Below, in pieces: positions 58,857 through 64,000 of a stretch of 64,000 nucleotides of DNA (position 1 is the stretch's first letter; each line of letters begins with the position of its first letter). The notes under the pieces are model-generated. The model saw nothing but the letters and a program-made list of their open reading frames with translations, did not search any database and was not told the origin of the DNA. The position numbers and the translations under genes are program-made. This stretch comes from an uncultured Acetobacteraceae bacterium (GTDB taxonomy: Bacteria > Pseudomonadota > Alphaproteobacteria > Acetobacterales > Acetobacteraceae): assembly GCA_937873205.1 (NCBI GenBank), contig CALMVO010000018.1, positions 697 to 64,696 of the forward strand, read 5' to 3'.

Positions 58857-59975
58857 ATTGGCGGCACGGCGGCGGCGCGACTGCGGATCGAGGGGGTGAG
58901 CGCTTTGCGGCCGGGCGACCCGGGCGGCCTGATCCGTGAGATCTCCCTCGCCGTGCAAGCTGGGCGGTGCCTGACGCTGCTGGCGGATCGACGCTCCGGA
59001 GCCTCGCTGCTGCTCGACGTGGTGGCCGGCCATCACGCGCCCGCCAGCGGACGGGTGCTGCTCGACGGCACCTGCGTCGAGCGCATGCGGCCGGGCAGCC
59101 GCCGACTCGGCATGGTCTCGGCGCGCGATCCGCTATTCCCGAACCTGGACGTGCGGCGCACCATTGAATTCACGTTGCGGGCGGCCGGCACCAGCGGCGC
59201 GATACGGCGCCGGCGGGTGGCGGAAACGATCGCGCTGCTCGGTCTCGATGCCGTCGCGACGCGGCGCCCGGCGGAGCTCGATCCGGAGGCGACGGCACGG
59301 CTGGCGATCGGACGGGCGATCGTGGCCGAGCCGCGGCTGCTGCTGCTGGACGATCCATTCGCGCAGCTGGAGCGGCTACCGCGGCAGGCGCTGCAGCGCA
59401 CGCTGCAGCGGCTGGGGCGTGCACGTGGCCTGACGATGCTGCTTGCCACCGGCGACCGCAGCGAGGCGCTGCTGCTGGGCGACGAGGTCGGCCTGCTGGA
59501 ACGCGGGCGGCTGCATCAGGTCGGGCCGCCGCCCATGCTGCTCGACCGGCCTGCGGATGCGATGGTGGCGCATCGGCTGGGCGACGCCAACCTGCTGACC
59601 GGGCGGATCGTACGCGTCGACGACGACGTCGCGCTGGTGCGGCTGGCCTGCGGCCACGAGGTAGAGGCGGAGCTGGGCGACGAGATCGGCGAGTCGGCGC
59701 TCTGCATGCTGTGCGTGCCGCCGGACAGGATCGCCACGGCCTTCCCTGGTCGGCCGGGGGGCGAACCCGGCCCCGGAATGCTGCCGGCGACGCTACAGGA
59801 GGTGGTGCATCTCGGCGACCACCTGCGGTTGCGGTTCCGCCTCGAAGACGGTGGTGAGGTGACGGTACGGCGGCCGCCGGGGGCGGTGGCGGTCGAACTG
59901 CGGCAGAACCGGCCGGCGCTTCTGGCCTGGCAGGCGCATCACGCCCGGGTCTTTGCGACCGCGCCCGATGCGTGA
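58857..59975 (+). CDS. PotA-like ABC ATPase with TOBE domain, catalytically degenerate
   Basis: ABC fold landmarks present but Walker A reads ADRRSGAS, signature LDPEA, Walker B LLLDDP, H-loop ATGD; start codon uncertain. Confidence 0.8.
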   Translation: MGGTAAARLRIEGVSALRPGDPGGLIREISLAVQAGRCLTLLADRRSGASLLLDVVAGHHAPASGRVLLDGTCVERMRPGSRRLGMVSARDPLFPNLDVRRTIEFTLRAAGTSGAIRRRRVAETIALLGLDAVATRRPAELDPEATARLAIGRAIVAEPRLLLLDDPFAQLERLPRQALQRTLQRLGRARGLTMLLATGDRSEALLLGDEVGLLERGRLHQVGPPPMLLDRPADAMVAHRLGDANLLTGRIVRVDDDVALVRLACGHEVEAELGDEIGESALCMLCVPPDRIATAFPGRPGGEPGPGMLPATLQEVVHLGDHLRLRFRLEDGGEVTVRRPPGAVAVELRQNRPALLAWQAHHARVFATAPDA

Positions 59976-60140
59976 GCCGTCTCACGTCAAATCGCCGGCC
60001 GGCGATTTCCATCGGGGTGGTGCTGCTCTAGGTTCCGGCGCTTCCGCTCGGCCATGCGCCGGGTCCGTCGACAAGCCGGCCTGTGCTGATCCGGCCGACC
60101 TCCAGCCGTGCCGAGACAGATCGCCGTGACCCTGCCTTCC

Positions 60141-61277
60141 ATGCCGGCGGCCCAGCAGCGGGCGCAACGCGACCCGAGCCGGTTCACGGCGCTCGCACTG
60201 GCCGTTTCGATTATAGCCTCGCCCGCCGCCGCCGATCATGCCCATGAAGTCACGCCGCGGCCGCTTACGGTCGCGATTCCGGGGGGTGCGCTACAGGACA
60301 CGCTGCAGAGGGCGTTCTTCGGACCGTTCACGGCGCAGACCCATGTCGGCATCAGGGAGGTGGCCTGGGACGGCTCGCTGCCGACGCTGCAGCAACGCGC
60401 ACGGTCGGGCGCGGACGTCGCCGACCTCGTCCTGATGGACGACAGCTCGGTGCTGATCGCCTGCCGGCAGGGGCTGCTGCTGCCGCTTGGGGCGGATGCC
60501 GAACCGGCGGGCAACGCGCCAGATGCGACCGGCCGCTGCGGCCGCGACGCCCTGCGGACGACGCTGGTGCTGGCCTGGGACAAGAGCCGGATCGACGTGG
60601 CGCCCGGCTGGGCGGAGTTCTGGGACGTCGCCCGGCGGCCGGGCCGGCGCGGACTCGAGCGCGGCCCGCGTGGCACGCTGGAGATCGCGCTGCTCGCCGA
60701 CGGCGTGCCGGCCGACGAGATCTACGCAGCACTCGGCAGCCCGGAGGGGGTCGATCGCGCCTTCCGCAAGCTCGACCAGCTGAAGCCCTACATCGTCTGG
60801 TGGACCGGCCCCGCCGACGCCACCCGGATCATGCAGGCGGGCGGGGTGCTGATGACCAGTGCACCCAGTGGCGACGTGCAGGTCGCCGACCTGGCGGGAC
60901 ATCGCGACTTCGCGGCGCAGTGGCAGCAGAGCATCAGCACGCTGCTGAGCTGGGCGGTGCCGGGGCGGCCGCCGGCGGAGCGGTCGCCGTCGGGCTCGGT
61001 TCCGAGCGATCGCGTCGCCCGGGCCGGCGCGCTGCTGGCCTTCATGGCCGATCCGGCGCGGCGAGCGGCGTTCGCGGCACTCGATCCGGCCGCGGGCCCG
61101 ATCGGGACGCTGCCGCCCGGTTTGCCAGCGCCGGCCGAGGACGGTCCGGCGACGCCGCAGCATCTGCACGAGGCGTTGCGCCAGGACGACGCCTTCTGGG
61201 CCGGCCATCTGGAGGCCCTGCAGGCCCGCTTCGACGGCTGGATCGGCCAGCCGGCCGGCGCCAAGCCCGGCCCCTGA
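60141..61277 (+). CDS. PotD/PotF-like extracellular solute-binding protein
   Basis: PGGALQD..QRAFFGPF, FWDVARRPGRRGL, LEIALLADGV, GVDRAFRKLDQLKPYIVWW. Confidence 0.85.
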   Translation: MPAAQQRAQRDPSRFTALALAVSIIASPAAADHAHEVTPRPLTVAIPGGALQDTLQRAFFGPFTAQTHVGIREVAWDGSLPTLQQRARSGADVADLVLMDDSSVLIACRQGLLLPLGADAEPAGNAPDATGRCGRDALRTTLVLAWDKSRIDVAPGWAEFWDVARRPGRRGLERGPRGTLEIALLADGVPADEIYAALGSPEGVDRAFRKLDQLKPYIVWWTGPADATRIMQAGGVLMTSAPSGDVQVADLAGHRDFAAQWQQSISTLLSWAVPGRPPAERSPSGSVPSDRVARAGALLAFMADPARRAAFAALDPAAGPIGTLPPGLPAPAEDGPATPQHLHEALRQDDAFWAGHLEALQARFDGWIGQPAGAKPGP

Positions 61278-61289
61278 CAAGCACGCGCA

Positions 61290-61757
61290 ATGCTCAATTC
61301 CGCGCTGCCTGGGTTGGCGCTGCTCGGCACGCTCGCGATGGGCATACCGGCCACCTGCACGCTGGCGCTGCTTCCGACGGCTCGGCGGGAGGCGGCCCGG
61401 CTGGCGCTGGTCGCGACCGTCATCCCGGCCGCCGCCGTGGCGGTGTGGCCGGCTCAGCTGCCCCCGGTGCTGTCGCGGCCGCTGTCGCCCATAGCCGGCC
61501 TCATGACCGCTCGGGGTTGGCCGCCGCTGCACCTGATCCTGGGCGCGCTGCCGATGCTGCTGCTGCCACTTGCCCGCACGCTGGCGCGGCTGCCGGCCGG
61601 ACAGCGCCGAGCCGGTCGCGGCCTGGGGGCTGGGCCGTTCACGATGCTGCGGCTGGTCTGGCTGCCGCAGCTGGGCGCGCCGCTGCTGCTGGGTGCGGCG
61701 CTGGCAGCGCTGCTCGACCTCGTCGCCACACTTCCTTATCCGGGTGGTTCACCGTAG
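61290..61757 (+). CDS. Short degenerate ABC permease fragment (PotC-like)
   Basis: 155 aa; LPMLLLPL...[29 protein letters not shown] resembles an eroded EAA loop. Confidence 0.55.
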   Translation: MLNSALPGLALLGTLAMGIPATCTLALLPTARREAARLALVATVIPAAAVAVWPAQLPPVLSRPLSPIAGLMTARGWPPLHLILGALPMLLLPLARTLARLPAGQRRAGRGLGAGPFTMLRLVWLPQLGAPLLLGAALAALLDLVATLPYPGGSP

Positions 61758-61767
61758 GGTCGGTCCC

Positions 61768-62388
61768 ATGGGAGCGTCGGCACCGTTCTGGAAGACCAAG
61801 CGCCTCGCCGAGATGACGGATGCGGAGTGGGAATCGCTCTGCGACGGCTGTGGCCGCTGCTGCCTGCACAAGCTGCGCGACGACGACACCGACGAGATCC
61901 ACTACACGAACGTCGCCTGCCGGCTGCTTGATATCGAGGGCGGCGGCTGCTCGGACTATGCGCGGCGGCAGCGCAAGGTGCCGGACTGCGTGCGGCTCAC
62001 GCCGGACGCCCTGGCCGGGATCGACTGGCTGCCGCCCTCCTGCGGCTATCGCCGCGTGGCCGAGGGCCGCGGCCTCGCCTGGTGGCATCCGCTGGTGTCG
62101 GGGCGCACCGAGAGCGTGCACGAGGCCGGCATCTCGGTGCGCGGGCGGGCTATCAGCGAGCGCCAGGCCGGGCCGCTCGAGCACTATGTCGTGGACTGGC
62201 CCGGGCGGCTGCCGCGGGCTGTCGGCCGGGGCGGCGCTGCAGCGGCCAATGGTCGCGACTCCGCTCCGGCGCCTCTTTGTCGCGATTCCGCTCCGGCGCC
62301 TCTTGGTCGCGACTCCGCTCCGGCGGCCCCGGTGATCCGGCGCCGGCCGGCCGGCGATCTCACGGACCGCGACGCCGGCGGCCGATGA
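61768..62388 (+). CDS. ycgN: YcgN-family (UPF0260) cysteine-cluster protein with repeat-extended C-terminus
   Basis: [50 protein letters not shown]. Confidence 0.92.
   Translation: MGASAPFWKTKRLAEMTDAEWESLCDGCGRCCLHKLRDDDTDEIHYTNVACRLLDIEGGGCSDYARRQRKVPDCVRLTPDALAGIDWLPPSCGYRRVAEGRGLAWWHPLVSGRTESVHEAGISVRGRAISERQAGPLEHYVVDWPGRLPRAVGRGGAAAANGRDSAPAPLCRDSAPAPLGRDSAPAAPVIRRRPAGDLTDRDAGGR
62251..62325 (+). repeat. 27-bp in-frame tandem repeat, 2.8 copies
   Basis: Unit GGTCGCGACTCCGCTCCGGCGCCTCTT encodes GRDSAPAPL / CRDSAPAPL / GRDSAPA. Confidence 0.9.
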
Positions 62389-63158
62389 CCGGCACCCGCG
62401 GCCGTCCGTCCCGCCGGTCGTTCAAGGCGGATGTCCGGCCGGCCGTGGGGCATCCGCGGCAGCCGACGCCGGAGCTGCTGCGACTGCCGGCGGGCGAGGC
62501 GCCGGTGCAGTGGCGGCGCTGCCGGCGGGCGCGCCGGGTATCGCTGCGGATCGACCTCCGGGCCGGCGCCGTGGTGGTGACGTTGCCGCCGCGGGCACCC
62601 CGCGAGGCCGGGCTGGCGCTGCTGCGGGCGCATTCCGACTGGGTGACCGGTCGACTGGCCGAGCTGCCGCGGCCGGTCGCGTTCGAGGACGGCTCGGCAG
62701 TGCTGGTGGCGGGCCAGCCGCACGTAATCCGGCATGCACCGTCGGCGCGGCGCGGGGTTTGGATCGAGGCGGACGAGATCAGGGTCAGCGGCGAGAGCCG
62801 GTTCCTGGCCCGGCGGGTCGGCGACTTCCTACGCGCCGAGGCACGATCGCGGCTGGCGGCCCTGGCTGCGGGCATCGCCGCCGGGGACGCCGGGTTGCGG
62901 CCGGCGCGTCTGGCGATCAAGGACACCATGACGCGCTGGGGCAGCTGCTCGTCGGAGCGGGCCGTCATGTTCAGCTGGCGGCTGGTGATGGCGCCAGCGT
63001 CCATCCAGCACTACGTGGTCGCGCACGAGCTGGCACACCTGCGCCACCTCGATCACGGGCCTGGCTTCTGGACCCTCGTGGACCGGCTGACGCCGCACCG
63101 GACCGAGGCCGAGGCCTGGCTCAAGCGGCACGGCCCGGCGCTGCTGCGCACCGGCTGA
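62385..63158 (+). CDS. M48-family (YgjP-like) zinc metallopeptidase/hydrolase
   Basis: [44 protein letters not shown]. Confidence 0.92.
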   Translation: MTGTRGRPSRRSFKADVRPAVGHPRQPTPELLRLPAGEAPVQWRRCRRARRVSLRIDLRAGAVVVTLPPRAPREAGLALLRAHSDWVTGRLAELPRPVAFEDGSAVLVAGQPHVIRHAPSARRGVWIEADEIRVSGESRFLARRVGDFLRAEARSRLAALAAGIAAGDAGLRPARLAIKDTMTRWGSCSSERAVMFSWRLVMAPASIQHYVVAHELAHLRHLDHGPGFWTLVDRLTPHRTEAEAWLKRHGPALLRTG

Positions 63159-63220
63159 CGCGACCGGGACGATGCTCTAGGACTCTAGTATGCGGCGCCG
63201 ACCGACACGGCAACGCAGTC

Positions 63221-63304
63221 GCCCGCCTGGCGGAATGGTAGACGCAGCGGACTTAAAATCCGCAGCCCTCGGGCGTGCCGGTTCGAGTCCGGCGGCGGGC
63301 ACCA
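63221..63304 (+). tRNA. tRNA-Leu, anticodon TAA, CCA encoded
   Basis: Acceptor GCCCGCC/GGCGGGC-ACCA, D-loop GGAATGGTAGAC, anticodon stem GCGGA-CTTAAAA-TCCGC, long variable arm, T-loop GGTTCGAGTCC. Confidence 0.97.
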
Positions 63305-63326
63305 TCCGACCGGACAGCCCCGGCCG

Positions 63327-64000
63327 CTACGCCGCCTTGGCATGGCTGGTCCCGCCGAGCTCCTTCAGGGCGGCGATCATCTGCACCAGCACCGCCTGGG
63401 CGTCCCTGTACACCAGGTTGCAGTTGTCGGCGTAGAACAGCAGGTTCTCGACGCCGGCATAGCCCTTGCCCTTGCCGCGCTTGATCACGTAGGCCTGCCG
63501 GGCGTGGTCGACGTTCAGGATCGGCATGCCGTAGATCGAAGCCCTTGCCGGTTCGGGCCAGCGCCTGCAGCCCGGCCACGCCCAGCCCCATCACCAGGAC
63601 CCGGGCCGGCCGCAGCGAGCCGACCGCGGTGGTCATCATCGGCAGGATGCGCGGCAGCCTGGTGACGCCCAGCAGCGGCGCGCAGTAGCCGGCCAGCGCC
63701 GCCTGGCTCGTCAGCGCGTCCAGCGACTGCGCCCGGCTGATGCGCGGCACCCGCTCCATCGCGAAGCAGACGATGCCGCCCGCCTCCAGCGCCTCGGCCA
63801 GCCCGGGCTCCTTCTGCGGGTGCACGAAGCAGGCAAGCACGGTGCCGGGCCGCATGGCGCCGACCAGACCGACGGAGGACGGCGCCACCGCCAGCACGAT
63901 GTCGGCGTCGGCCACCGCCGTCCCGGCGTCGGGGCAGAGGTCGATGTCGGCGTAGGCCGCGTCGGGAAAGCTCGCCGCCACGCCGGCCCCGGTCTCCAGC
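63327..64000 (-). pseudogene. pntA: NAD(P) transhydrogenase remnant: pntA 5' part fused by deletion to the pntB 3' end (5' start outside the window)
   Basis: LETGAGVAASFPDAAY, AMERVPRISRAQSLDAL, AALAGY, VLVMGLGVAGLQALA (PntA), joined at ~63557 to ARTGK, then shifted into IYGMPILNVDHA..VIKRGKGKGYAGVEN (PntB dIII). Confidence 0.88.

Overview
GC-rich alphaproteobacterial chromosome, most consistent with an Acetobacteraceae member. This is inferred from the ctrA-fliI-fliJ synteny, the flbT/flaF/flbD system, nepR- and DUF3309-like genes, and Lys/Arg-poor exported flagellar proteins that suggest an acid-adapted lifestyle. Left to right: exported hydrolases (peptidase S10, and an amino-acid-ester-hydrolase/CocE gene broken by one TGA); a decayed LysR; YceI; two small proteins; a sulfotransferase-like gene; an ~11 kb uncharacterised catabolic/transport cluster (NMT1-type ABC system, creatininase-family amidohydrolase, two FAD oxidoreductase paralogues of which one is truncated, CocE hydrolase, cupin, cysteine hydrolase, DUF2165, cytosine/pterin-type deaminase); pbpC with a thioester-less alpha-2-macroglobulin; an SDR pseudogene; GST, katG, clpB, a NUDIX gene and a 2OG-Fe(II) oxygenase; a ~23 kb flagellar region whose 35.4-47.7 kb core has visibly lower GC and atypical codons; a catalytically degenerate PotA/PotD-like ABC set; YcgN; an M48 peptidase; tRNA-Leu(TAA); and a pntA/pntB deletion-fusion remnant. 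A double-hairpin REP-like repeat occurs six times, once supplying a stop and a candidate start codon. No CRISPR array, rRNA, IS element or integrase was seen. All calls come from reading motifs by eye; no database search was run. Best candidates for undescribed biology: the N-heterocycle catabolic cluster, the repeat family with coding co-option, the degenerate ABC set, the thioester-less macroglobulin, and the rewired flagellar regulators (FlbD with Glu52, CtrA with an altered acidic pocket).
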